Shown here: piece after piece, positions 1 to 12,520 of the stretch | Layout of the letters: every line of letters starts with the position of its first letter | Numbering within the stretch: position 1 is the stretch's first letter | Assembly (NCBI RefSeq): GCF_001194135.2 | Contig: NC_068981.1 | Coordinates: forward strand, 44,406,478-44,463,372 | DNA: 56,895 nt | Source: Octopus bimaculoides | Lineage: Eukaryota | Direction of reading: 5' to 3' | Program-made: the position numbers and the translations under genes | The notes under the pieces: generated by a model | What the model was told of the DNA's origin: nothing | Database searches by the model: none | Seen by the model: only the letters and a program-made list of their open reading frames with translations

Positions 1-6
1 CGATAT

Positions 7-275
7 CAGTGAATAATTTCACTGGAAAAACTTATATATATTTGCCAAGAGATGCCTTTTGCATCGAAGGCCGGCGATTGTCGTACGCTGAAGAAGGGAA
101 ATAACCCTGAAACTCGAGTACGTACGTATCGTAGACCAAGATGGGAAGGATATCTTCCCTTGGAAAATACAGACAGGACACAGAAGTGTGTCGATAGCCA
201 GCTGGAGGAGATGTCCTTCTGGGGCTAAAAGCAACAGTAACATCCACCCCTCGGGGTCAGCCACATTTAAGTGGC
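7..275 (+). other. Multi-hairpin structured region around the ribozyme (probable repeat or retroelement terminus)
   Basis: Consecutive hairpins at 7-24, 51-65, 136-163, 177-192, 195-227, 246-257 and 260-275. GC-richer than the flanks. Confidence 0.55.
74..132 (+). ncRNA. Type I hammerhead ribozyme, complete core, extended stem I
   Basis: CGTACG(82-87) CTGAAGA(88-94) AGGG-AAATAA-CCCT(95-108) GAAA(109-112) C-TCGA-G(113-118) TA(119-120) CGTACG(121-126). All conserved core positions are present. Predicted GUA cleavage after 120. Stem I extends via GCGAT(74-78)/ATCGT(128-132) across a 3x1 internal loop. Confidence 0.88.
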
Positions 276-2254
276 AAATATACTTCACTTTATATATATA
301 GTAGAAGACATTTGAAAATACATGTGTTTGTGCATTTGCGCGCGCGAGTGCATGCGTTCCTGTGTGTATGAATATGTAAAGTATCTGACGTACAGAGGAT
401 TTTTTATTATCAACTCTTGTCATAAATATGTTGGTATCATTTTAATAGCTGCATTCTGTTTTTTTTTTTATTATGAACGCGAGAATTTTTTACGTTTTTG
501 CTTCTACAGATTTTTCTTTCTTTTTTCACTACTTCGCTGTCTTGACAAGCAATCACACCCTCGCTGCTGATGTTTCCACCTTTAAAACTAACAGGTTGTT
601 GCTTTCATCCGAAAGTTCAGACTTTCCGTTATAAATGACAAGTAATCTTCCAATAAACAACGGATTGACTTTTAATTAAAATGACATTAACAACTTAGAA
701 CTTCATTTAAAGGACGGCTTCTGCTTGTATTTTACATACAGTTTGAGTTTCTATTGATCATCGCATTCTCCTATCACTTCAATCGAATCACACACCTGTT
801 ATATCTTTTTAAAATTCGTTAGCTTTATTTACACCTGCTTTTATGTTGATGTTTTAATGGTATTTTTTCTCTTTATTATTGGTGATGATACATTTGGTAT
901 TTCAAGACCTTATGATATTTAGTAAAGGTGTTTATTTTTCGCTTCAGTTACACCTTCTGACCTAAAATATCTATTCTTTAACTTCTGATATTTAAGAGCG
1001 AACGACAGAAGTGAGAGAAAACAAAAATTAACACCATAAATATAAGTGTTTTTAAACTAACTGATGATACGCGTATATCAAACACTTTTCTCTCTCAGAG
1101 GTGTTTTTAAAGTAGATTGCTGAATTCATTAAAATAAATAACATCACTGCAGAACATATAACTGATTGGGTTGTGAGACAATCTTTCACCTTAAAATATC
1201 TGCGCGTAGAAACTGAACATGTTGTACGTTATGTATTCTAACCGCTAATAAAATATAAAATAAATTATATTTTGTATTGCTGCTTTGTTATCGTAATGAT
1301 TTTAATATTTACACATAAAAAATTAAACAGATTAATGACAGAAGGGTATATTGTTTATGGTGATTATGAAGACAACAACAACATTATGATGATAATAATT
1401 TTGATTATGATGATATTGGTGGTAATGAGAATGGTAATATATGAATATTGTATGATAATAATGAATAAATAGGCTCCTATAATATAAATCAATGGAGTGC
1501 TGATAATATTCAATTGAATAGAGACCAATGCAATAATTATACAACAGTTTGGTGTGTCTGTTAAATGTCATGTCTTTTACCTACACTTTTACAATATATA
1601 TTGTTGATATTGTTAATCAAAGGAACTAATTTGGCTTTTGTAAGTCAAGAATGCCGGTTATATTGAATTGACATAATGGAAATATTATCAAATATTTAAT
1701 GCATAAAGCATTATGTTTGTTGTTTCTTTTGTACAAATAAGTACATAAATCTTGTACAAATTCAAAGTTTTTCTTTTGTAACGGTAACTAACTATTCGAA
1801 ATAGTATATTGTATGTTATAATTTCCACGTAATCTATGTGAAGAATCACGAAGCTTAATTTAGAAATATGGCCTAAATTTAACTGAAAGTAGGAAAATAT
1901 GTTTCATTTGACGAGATTCCGTTCATTATGTGTCTACTAAAGTTAATTTACAATGGTCACAGTGTAAGTTAATTGCCTAGGAGTCATCCAACTCGATCGA
2001 GACAGAAATCTCATTTTTTTTTTATTTTGAAGTAGAACTTTGCACATGATTATGTTCACGTATAAATAACTCTAAAATAGGCATAATTGACATGAAAGGG
2101 CATTAGTATGTATAAAATTACAAACATTTTAAGGTACCATATGTAGTCATAATTGATAAGCTATTGCTTTGTGCAGGATTAAGAGATTAAATCTTTTTTA
2201 CATTTCCAAAACACACTTTATCCATGTTATCGTCTATTTCTTTATCGGTCACTC

Positions 2255-2840
2255 AGCCATTTTCTGATGCTGATGCTGATGTATATGATGATGCTTGTGG
2301 AATACGTGTGATGACAATGAGAATGACTATAAACAAATGGATGATACCGCTGCGTGGGGGAGGTAAGCTGTGGTGGTGAATCTGATAATACGTTAGTATT
2401 TTTGGAGTAGGAGGAAGACAGGAGAGGGTAATGTAAAGAAATGGACTGATTATAATAATTATTTGTTCAACCAGCACCGTCACATATATCGCCACTGCCA
2501 CCTCCACCTTCACAACATCGAACACCACCAACATCGCACCAACGTTCAACATACTTATACCAATCATATTTATAAGCACTACAACCAATATCATCTACTT
2601 GATCATTACTAACACTATTCACCTTAACACAATAATCAATCGTCCTTTTTCTCAACATTATTGCATTTAACTTTATATACACAACAATCATCGCACCCAC
2701 TTTTCCGTTACTGCTACTAATATATTTAACATTAAACTACCCACCCCATTTCACATCCACCAATAGGAAATACCTTCACTACGACTACCACAAAGCCAGC
2801 GACAACATGAAGCCCTGGATCAGCAGCCATGATGATGCCC
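2255..2840. repeat. Degenerate trinucleotide low-complexity tract (GAT/CAC/AAC-type)
   Basis: Decayed gatgat, caccac and caacat runs. A similar tract lies at ~1335-1470. These explain the hydrophobic minus-strand ORFs here. Confidence 0.7.
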
Positions 2841-3739
2841 CTATCGATGAAATTATACTTTAGTCTTGTGTATATTTGCGCTTCTATCTAAGGTTTGTAC
2901 ATAAATAAATAAACTGTTATCGAACTGTTATGAAACGAAATATATTTTGTTGCTCTCATTTTTTTTGACAAAGCACACACATATTCACTTGCACCCCCGC
3001 CACAGAAACATTGATATTAGATTGTATGAACCGTTTATATGGAATTATTATCCAGTACTATATTACAATGAATATAAACAGTATGTCTATATGCACAACA
3101 TATTCGTGAAATGGAAAAAGATTGAAGAGCTGTACTTGCACGTTTCAATCTCGTAATATTTTCAACTCTCCACCAACGCACTGCTTACAAACATCCTTTT
3201 ATTCGAGGTTAATGTATACTGGTTAATCCAATTTACTTATTTGATACTTCATTGTATGTTCGAGTATGAAATTCCTGGTTCAGTAACTGTGTTTCGGTTT
3301 ATTGTTATAATGTACCTGACAACATATCTATAGATTATTTTACGAGGAATGACAACAGTACGTATATAAGTGTGCAATACTGTCAACAATTAAAAGTCAA
3401 TCAATAAATGTATTGAAGACTGTATTGTCACTTTTCCTAAATAAAAATCGACATAATCCCAGTATAAAATCACCACTGCATTGCATGAACAGCTATGGTG
3501 GCTAAAATATATATCAAACTGATAATCCGTTCTTGTGCTAATAATCAGTTCTATCCAACGAAAGTTTCAGAAAATTGTCTATGGAAGCCAGAATGGTTTC
3601 AATACGAATTGTCCAACTAGTGAAAGTCATACGAATTATGCAGGGCATTTACTCAAACATTCATTACATCGTTCTGTTTTACATGGATTCCTTAGAAGTG
3701 TTTGATTTTGTGTACTAATGATATATGCAATAAAATCAA

Positions 3740-4115
3740 ATAGCGTATTGGTGCCCACATGAGATACTATATGCCATATTGCCAAGAAAATCACTCATAT
3801 GTATTCAAACACACTCAAGGCACAATGCTTTCGCCAGACAGAAACATCGAATAGTTAGACATTCGTGCCTGTGTTTTCCAAGGAAGCACATTGATAACTC
3901 ATCTTTCATCTCTGTTTTCTCAGCATTTCAGTTGATCATAGCAACGAATATTGTTATCCCTTTGCAAAAACGTTTAGCTCCAGATACCCTTCCTCTACAA
4001 TAACGGACTTAGATTATGTTAGAAATTTAGCCCAAATTTCAGAGACGACTGTAATAACAACCCTAATTCAGTCTCGAAGATGGCTCGGGGGACATTGTTT
4101 ATTTTACCAACGCTA
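3740..4115 (+). mobile_element. Degenerate RTE-clade LINE reverse transcriptase fragment with internal deletion
   Basis: Manual translation ...ISVDHSNEYCYPFAKTFSSRYPSSTITDLDY joined to ...AQISETTVITTLIQSRRWLGGHC. These resemble the RTE motifs SRRYP..TITDLDYADD and LPKIS..IR.RR.RFAGHC. Confidence 0.65.
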
Positions 4116-7100
4116 AATATAATATTGAAGGTATTCTCATCTCTTTTGCTAGACGGTAACAAGATACACTAACCGCTACTGAACCAAAGTGAACCATGAG
4201 AGAAGAAAATAGTGTTAGAGAAAAGAAGAGAGCATGGGAAATTAAACACCTTTTGGATAATTTGCTGACTGATGATTTAAAAGTATTAATTGTTATCAGC
4301 AAACAAGCAATGTATATGTGTATATATCCAGAGACAATGCTACATTATAAAAAAAAACATGCATTGTACTTCAATACACATTGGCAAATACATAATACAC
4401 ATATACGCATTCCGGAAACATGCATACATACATGCATAAACATATATGTAGAAAAACAAACATGCATACATATACACGCACATAAACACATATATACAAA
4501 GAAACAAGCTTAATTCTACAGACTTTTCCATATATAAATATGCTTTCAAATACACATTCCTTCCAATTTAAACTTGCTATACATACCTTAAGAAGGCAAA
4601 TTGAGTTTCGGTTTACTTGGAATCTACAGTTAATATCGTGCTTTGTCACTACTAATAAAACCTTTTTTTCTCTTCCCAGTATAGAATTTAAAATGCAGTC
4701 ATTAAGATGCAACAGTGTTACTCATTTTATGTGAAGAAGCAAAGGCAGATAGAAGCTCAGGATTTCCTGGGAATTGTTCTCTTTACTTTGCGACAATGTC
4801 AATGCGTGAAATCTTTTCGTCCGGAGATTCAGATATGATACTAGCATAATCACAGGTGTCAAGTACCAACATATATCATTTTGGCACAAGAATTCCCAAA
4901 TGCTAAAGTGTATTAGGTAAATTAAAGTAATGTACCCTTATTTTAAATGTCAGACCTAATAGAGCCAAATTCCTCCTACGTTTATCCAGTAAACACTTGC
5001 TTATAAGCCATACGTTATGCAAATAGTTCAATGAATATAACCTGAAAGTTAGTTGCCACTTCATGGGTAATTTCGCCCCTTTTGTAGGTAGAATTAATAA
5101 AAACAATACAACTTTGCCGACCACAAATTACTTTAAGCTGAGTTCAACTGCCATCAGGAATACTGACCCAGTATACCTTACAATCCAGAACAGTCATCAC
5201 TATTGTGCTAAAATTAATACCAATTATAACACTAATTACACAAAATGCTACATTAGCTACAAGGTTTATGTGTGTGCGTGTGTGTGTATGTGTATCTGTG
5301 TGAGTGGATATGAAATGAAAAGATCCGCCGTAACACTTTCAAAATACATTGGGGTTTTAAAGATATTGTTTCCTGTGTAAATTTATTCAAGAGTTCCTTT
5401 TATCATTTTTACTCTATGAAGATCATTGAAAGATCTCTAAACTTGCTATGGTTTTCCTATCTCATCCATAACAGTTATTTCTTTTTTATCAAAGGAAATA
5501 CGCTTTAACTATTTCACCCACACTCTGATCCATTATATCGAGGGCGAGGTTCATGTCATAAACTTTAATCTAGAATTTCGGGCAACAGCATATGAAGTGG
5601 TATTAAATACAAAGCAGTAGGAGACCCAATAGTGAAACACTAATGTAGTGACCTAAGATGTTTTTTACTTGCATTGCATATGATTGGAAATATAGCTTTT
5701 GCGAGGTATTTAAGCGTTTTGGAGTTTTCTATATGATGCATTAACGTAGCTTTTAAGTTATAGCCTTCTGTTGAATTGACCACAAACGTACATTAACCGA
5801 TCTTAAGCCACATTTTAACTTGCCATAGACGATCCTCCTTTTATAACGTACATTCTTTCTGGCATGCATTTCTACAATAAATATTTATGAAAGTGTCAAA
5901 CCATATTCTCCTATGTGTTTTCCTGTCATAGGGGTGAATTTCAGTATCAGATTTGCTTGTTCTTTGTATTTTACATTAGACAAACCAGATTATTTGATCA
6001 TCTACCCACTCACATATTGTTTTCTTTCTTAACCTAAGGCTTCTAAACAATGAGTGATATGCATGATTAATCTCTATGATTAGACTGATATTCATGAGGA
6101 TGACATATTTTTCATGAGAGGAATAAGGCTGCCCATGGCTTATTATGTGCCTCCGTCAATTGCACGGATTGTACAGTTATACTTTTATTCGCACGAGTTT
6201 CCTTTATCCATTGACATTGTAGATACAGTTTTCTGGCCTAAAGATCAGTTTGAAGCCAAATCTTTAAGATTTGTCCTCATTTATAATCTTATATTTTGGT
6301 TATTAAATTTGTATCTGCGCTGTCATTTCATTTTGGCATAACGGATTCATTGTTGCAAAAAAAAAAAATGCAGTTAACTAGATACGATCTTTTCTTTCTA
6401 AGCTATTGCAAGCTATGTATATTAGAAATGAATTTTTAAAGAAACGTTAAAACAAGAAATTACAATATTGGCCACATTAAAAAGATAACATTATATCATT
6501 AAGTAGGTTTACTAAAACTTATTCATTTTCTCGTCAATTTTTAAGACAGTAAATAGAAAGACGGCAGAGTTTCACTTTTGAAGGAAGACGAACTAGTCTC
6601 GAGCAAGGCATACAGTGTGGGCTATGGATATAAGGTGACAATGGGAATACACGAAAGTATTGAATAATGAAAGAATTCCATGAACTATTTTGTCCACACA
6701 TTTTCATTTAATTCCAGTTGAAGGATAATGAAATCTAATGTACCCTATATATCAAGGTTTCTGTCTTTTTCAGTTTAATTTTCTAAACAAATTAAATATT
6801 TTTATTCGTTCTATTACTAGTAATTAATAAATGTTGTGAAAATATTTTCCAAATGTTTCTTGACATTTCATGAACTCCGGTGAGCGTCTGCGTCAGTGAC
6901 TTCAGTTACTATAAAGGTCAGAAGAATAGGAGAGTGAATATTTTCCATGAGGAGGTTAGAAGGGTGTTTGGTGCTCTTCTTCGTGTAGGAATGATGGAGA
7001 ATAAGAAACTGAAGGATTAGATTAAAATGAAAAGAGGTAACTAAACAAGAGACTCTGTATAAGAAGATAAAAGAACTCAGGAGGTGAGGTCGGAAGTGTC

Positions 7101-7771
7101 AAAACGTCCGATAGAGGACCAGTTTCTGAAATACCTAGACATACAGATACATCTATAATATAACGGCAGATGAAAGTTTTGCTGTGTGTAAGGAGAAATG
7201 CAGAAAGATTCGTATGAACTACATGGGCAAAAACAAACACAAAATATAGATTCATTCATATTTTACTACATAATAGAGATGCCTCTACATTTTGATTTGA
7301 TTTCGAGAGAAGGTGCAACGAAACAATTCTGCTTATATATCATTATATACAACAAATTCTATGACGTATATATGTTTTTTTAATTTTGGGGGAATAAAGG
7401 CGTTTCAGAAAGTTCCGCACTCGTGTGTTTCACTATGTCTGTATATCAAATCACGGTGAAAGTTTAAATGAATGTGGGATGATTTGATACCATTTCGATA
7501 ATAGATTGTATGATGTGTTAGACGTAAAGCGATATTATCNNNNNNNNNNNNNNNNNNNNNNNNNNNNNNNNNNNNNNNNNNNNNNNNNNNNNNNNNNNNN
7601 NNNNNNNNNNNNNNNNNNNNNNNNNNNNNNNNNNNNNNNNNNNNNNNNNNNNNNNNNNNNNNNNNNNNNNNNNNNNNNNNNNNNNNNNNNNNNNNNNNNN
7701 NNNNNNNNNNNNNNNNNNNNNNNNNNNNNNNNNNNNNNNNNNNNNNNNNNNNNNNNNNNNNNNNNNNNNNN

Positions 7772-7822
<51 letters not shown>

Positions 7823-7823
7823 G
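7772..7823. repeat. (AG)n microsatellite at gap edge
   Basis: Direct read; follows the N-run at 7540-7771. Confidence 0.95.
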
Positions 7824-7832
7824 AATGCTGCT

Positions 7833-7969
7833 TACTCGGGCCGATCAGAGAGAGAACATTCGCTTCGCACCTATAAAGTGCTTAGCAGAATAGGTGCGAA
7901 AACCAAAAACCCCTCTCTGACCGGGTATAGCCAACGACCTTCTAAACATTATTGGTCTAATGTTTTAGA
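7833..7969. other. Nested inverted repeats / fold-back element
   Basis: TTCGCACCTAT(7864-7874)/ATAGGTGCGAA(7890-7900), TCAGAGAG(7845-7852)/CTCTCTGA(7913-7920) and TACTCGG(7833-7839)/CCGGGTA(7921-7927). A second hairpin spans 7941-7969. Confidence 0.7.
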
Positions 7970-8004
7970 GCGTGCCTCCTTTTTGATTTATGAATTACTG
8001 ACCG

Positions 8005-8040
<36 letters not shown>

Positions 8041-9151
8041 TTACATATATTTCTATGTATATATATGTGNNNNNNNNNNNNNNNNNNNNNNNNNNNNNNN
8101 NNNNNNNNNNNNNNNNNNNNNNNNNNNNNNNNNNNNNNNNNNNNNNNNNNNNNNNNNNNNNNNNNNNNNNNNNNNNNNNNNNNNNNNNNNNNNNNNNNNN
8201 NNNNNNNNNNNNNNNNNNNNNNNNNNNNNNNNNNNNNNNNNNNNNNNNNNNNNNNNNNNNNNNNNNNNNNNNNNNNNNNNNNNNNNNNNNNNNNNNNNNN
8301 NNNNNNNNNNNNNNNNNNNNNNNNNNNNNNNNNNNNNNNNNNNNNNNNNNNNNNNNNNNNNNNNNNNNNNNNNNNNNNNNNNNNNNNNNNNNNNNNNNNN
8401 ATATATATATATATATATACATATATTCAAACAAATACACACATAAAATTTTGCATCTTTGTATGTGAAAAAGCATTCAACAAACAGCATAGAGTTCCAT
8501 ATATACACACAAATGCATTTAATTACAGTAGCCAGAATACAGAACCGCACATATTATAGAAAAGTTTAATTCAATCTATATCGTATTTTATGAAGTGAAA
8601 AATATGCATGCACAATTATAATGTTAAAGAAGTAAATTTTATTGATTAGAACTCGACAAAGTATAGTTAACAATAACTGTCTCCATTAGTTGGCATTTTG
8701 TTTTATTGATTTCGCGACATGCAAACTAAATGAATGAATGTATACTCACGCGATTGTTATGGAGGCGCCTTGCTGCAATTAAACTTTTATGGCAATCAAT
8801 TTGAACGTTTAACATTCATTTGTGCAATTAAATATTAAGATTTGTTTATTTATTTTAAGGTATCTTTAAGAAGGCGGTTGTTATTCGCAGTATAGCTGTA
8901 ATTTATTTATGATCATGATTTTCATAATTTTATTAAAGTGTATATCCGTTCTACTAGTTTTAACTTTTCGTTAACATATACATATACATACATACGTACA
9001 CTCACACACACACATACATATATATTAACTCCATGTTACTTTTGGTATCTGTTTAGTTATTTGTTGATGAATACATATGAAAATTTACAATATAGTTACT
9101 CATATGGAGTAGGATTTTGTCGTGGTTTGGATATTTATTTATTTATTTATG

Positions 9152-9189
9152 TGTTTCAGCCAAGTGGCTGCGGTCATGCTGGTGCACCA
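9152..9189 (-). mobile_element. SINE 3' tail fragment
   Basis: Reverse complement resembles the ggtgctc..gca...gcagtcaaatgactgaaac tail of the full SINE at 53059-53462. Confidence 0.5.
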
Positions 9190-11455
9190 ATATATGTTTT
9201 ATTGACTAGCATCCTTGTCTTAGACTGAATCATTTCTTATAATATTATCCAAGTGTCATTGGAGGAACTTGTTTTATCTTACCCTCTTCAATACAGAACG
9301 TTATTGCTTTCCTGAACACTCTCAAACACATCTCCCTTAAAACAACTACTCTTCTATCATTCACTCTATCTATAGTTTTGGATTTCATATATTAAGTAAG
9401 ACTTGAACAGAGATCATTCTTGGTTTTATCGAATAAGCTGCTATTTTTGCTTCAACAGCCAAATTTACCTTATACGTAATATCTTATCGGAGCTCTCTGT
9501 GAGGCCAAGTCACCTGCATTTTAGGTGATTGCTATTGTTTATTACAGATAACATTGCACGTAGATGTCCTTTCTGGTAATAATGTTTTTTGTTTTGTTTT
9601 GTAAATGCGTTATGAGTTTTTGTAATGTTCTATATTGAACTGAGACGAATGCTTTAAAATAACATAAAACACCTGACTGTAGCTTAGGGAATTTATCTAA
9701 ATAGCGATACTTAATTCTGCGTTCTAATATATATTTACTACATCGTTGAATAGGTGTATTGTTAATTATTTGATTTGTAGATATGTATATGATTGACTAT
9801 CTCTGTCTCTCTCTGTCGCTGTGTATTTGATTGTGCGTGTGTATGTGTGTGTGTGTCTGTTTGTGTGTATGTGTGTCTGTTTGTGTGTGTGTGTGTGTGT
9901 GTTTGCAAACAACACAAAATCTCACCTACTAACACAAATTTATATGGATGACAAACTAAACAAAATGTTATTCTATTTAGAAGCTATCAGTTTTTTTCTG
10001 TCAAATGCCCTGTCGACACATTACTCACTTAGAATTTACTGCGTTACGTATAGAAAAGAAATTAATATTAATACTATTAGTGATAGTATCATTAAATGAT
10101 AAAAAAAATTCTTAAAGATTTTCTTGCTCTGAAATAGCAATACATCCCATACGCAAAGAAGTGAAACAAATTCAATACACAAAATGTTATTAGATGATTA
10201 CAACTAATGAATTGATCTTTCTGTTTCAAATCTAAGTGAAAAGGATTGATTGTTTCATTAAAAACAATATCATTCTCCAATCAGTTTTCTTAGTGAATAC
10301 ACAAATCACAACGTCGAGATTTACCGGTTTAATTTGCTGAGAAATTAATCATATCACTAATTGCAGATTAATTATTATATCTCGTTTTAAGATATCAAAG
10401 TATGTAAAAAATGAAAAATTAAATTGCTGTTTAACTCATAACATTTAGTCATTAATTTTGCAATGCATCGTTCTTCGTCCGTTTAAACACTGTGTACATC
10501 GTTTACAATATCGGTATAGCCTCAGAAAAGCTGAAATCAATCCGTTTTCCATTTAAAGTGCTTTAACTTATACTACAAGAGCTGTCAAGGTTTATTAACA
10601 TCATTATAATGATGTCTAGATCTAACGTATCTGCTAAGGTTACACACGCTTGAGTATACATCTCTTACAGATACCACAGAACTTTAAGTGAAAGGTAACA
10701 ACCATAGAGAACGTGTTTGAAGCTTGAATTAGGGTATGTACTGTAGTGAGAAGATGATGCAGCTACTCTCTGGTGAATCCGCTTATTAACATCTACACGT
10801 TACAATTTACTTCATAACTTTTATTATACGAATCTGATGATACGTAGGTTAGAGAACTCCAGAGTTGAACTAGAGTGGGACAAATAATATTTTGTGAACA
10901 CATTCAGAGATGATGAGTTATTAGAATATTACATCGTTCTAATATAAGAGTCGGAAATCCGGAAACTTTGGCGAGAGATTTGCATGCCAGACGCAACCGA
11001 AATCTTTGCTGTCTGGGGCAAAAGCATCGAAATTCTTTAACGTGAAATCGCACTAGTGAATTACCAAATTTGTGAGTTGACGTATATCTCGATCTGTGTA
11101 AGCCATACAGTTTATCAATGAGGAAAGAGAAATAGAAGGATTTTAAAGTGTTGGGACCATTATTAATAATGGATGACTCCACTATCTTAAAGATTTGCAG
11201 ACAGCAGGAAGAAGACTATGTCACTGTAGAGTGTAAGAAATTTAATAGTTTGCTGGGATAGCAGAAATATTTTAGCCTTAAACCGAGCGTACGTACATTT
11301 GCCAACTGTACAATGGAATCTCTACATTATAAAATGTGACAGAAAAGCAACAAGAAAGAGAAAGAGAAATATAAAATATAAAAAGTAAGCATCAATACAC
11401 GCACACATACACACACACAGGAACACACATATAAAGACACGTGCGCACACACATA

Positions 11456-12520
11456 TTCAGGGTGTCTCGATAAATTTGACAGACTTGCATAAAACGAAAA
11501 GACAACTAAATATCATAATCGAAAGTTACAGTATTTAAAAAAAACAACATATCAACAAGATGTGAGATAACAGTTTACTCCAATGCAGCTGCTTTCAGCT
11601 TGCATCCCGGTGTCTAGTCGGTTCCGGAACCTGGCATATGTTTTCCCTTCTGTGTTCCTGAGAAAATATTAGAATAGCTAGATCTCGGACACCAGCTCGC
11701 TGATCTCTTTGTCAGTCGTGCCCAGACAATCACTTCTGACTCTCGCCGGAGGAATGGCAAGGAGCCTAATTTCACTAAAACGAATATAGCCTACAAGCAG
11801 CAACCTTCTGCAGCCGCGGAGTGTGCCCAGTTTTCTGCAGTTTCACATAACGGTCTTGAAACACACCCGATGACCAATAGAATTTAATGAAGTTCAATTT
11901 CATGATACGTGAGACAACACATTGATTGTAGGAAACCACCCAGCATTGCTCTGGATGTTGCACAAATGGTTCTAGCAGAAGCTGTTTTCTTCTGAGAAAT
12001 ATATTCTCCCCGGTTTTACGGATACCTCAGCTTCTTCAGGAGTTTGTTTTTATCAAGCGGTTCTTCTTGGTCTTGGCTGTGAGAATGTGTCCCTTATGCC
12101 TCTTGTACGAGTCGTTTGTAAAATTCTCATTCAGAGCCAGCTCCATGGTAGTCGATCCAACATTCATCTCTCACGTCAAATCCCAGATTCCTTTGTTTGG
12201 ACTTTCTACCAACATGTCCTATATTTGCTAGACGACGTCCGGCCTGAAGATGCTGTCAGGAAGCCTTCCTGCCCTTTCCTGCTGACCGCAGCTTCATACT
12301 CTCCGTTACAGCTGTCCATGTTCACAGAACATTGAACAGCAATCCTGATTTCGGCATTTTGATATCCAGCATGTATCGTCATTATGCAAATAAATCTTTT
12401 CCAATAGTTAGATGGCTTTTAGTCACCCAAATCACCTAACTTATCCTCAATTACAAGCTTTATCTTTATGATCTCCAACGCCGTTGACTGTTCACCAATA
12501 TATCAATTTAGAGCTGTAAT
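11456..12520 (-). mobile_element. Degenerate Tc1/mariner-superfamily transposon, DD37D (maT)-like
   Basis: TA followed by a TTCAGGGTGTC end at 11454-11466. Minus-strand frameshifted transposase: MTIHAGYQNAEI..., DSYKRHKGHILTAKTKKNRL, KLLKKLRYP, FSEEK, LQKVAACRLY, APCHSSGESQK, ARFRNRLD. Multiple stops. The other TIR is not clearly recognisable. Confidence 0.8.

Noticed and set aside
193-240. HDV-like ribozyme (hairpin followed by GGCTAA, as in J4/2)
   Set aside because: I could not find an upstream P2 5' strand or a P1/P3 nested pseudoknot in register.
1044-1090. CTGATGA inside the hairpin AAGTGTTT/AAACACTT as a hammerhead
   Set aside because: No GAAA after the stem, and no stem III or UH triplet.
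6880-7140. Possible decayed RLE LINE piece
   Set aside because: Only vague similarity; no diagnostic motif.
7506-8559. Long ORFs spanning N-runs (also at 13017-13539, 28936-29733, 49420-50624 and others)
   Set aside because: Artefacts of translating through gaps and microsatellites (X, YI, CV, ER runs).
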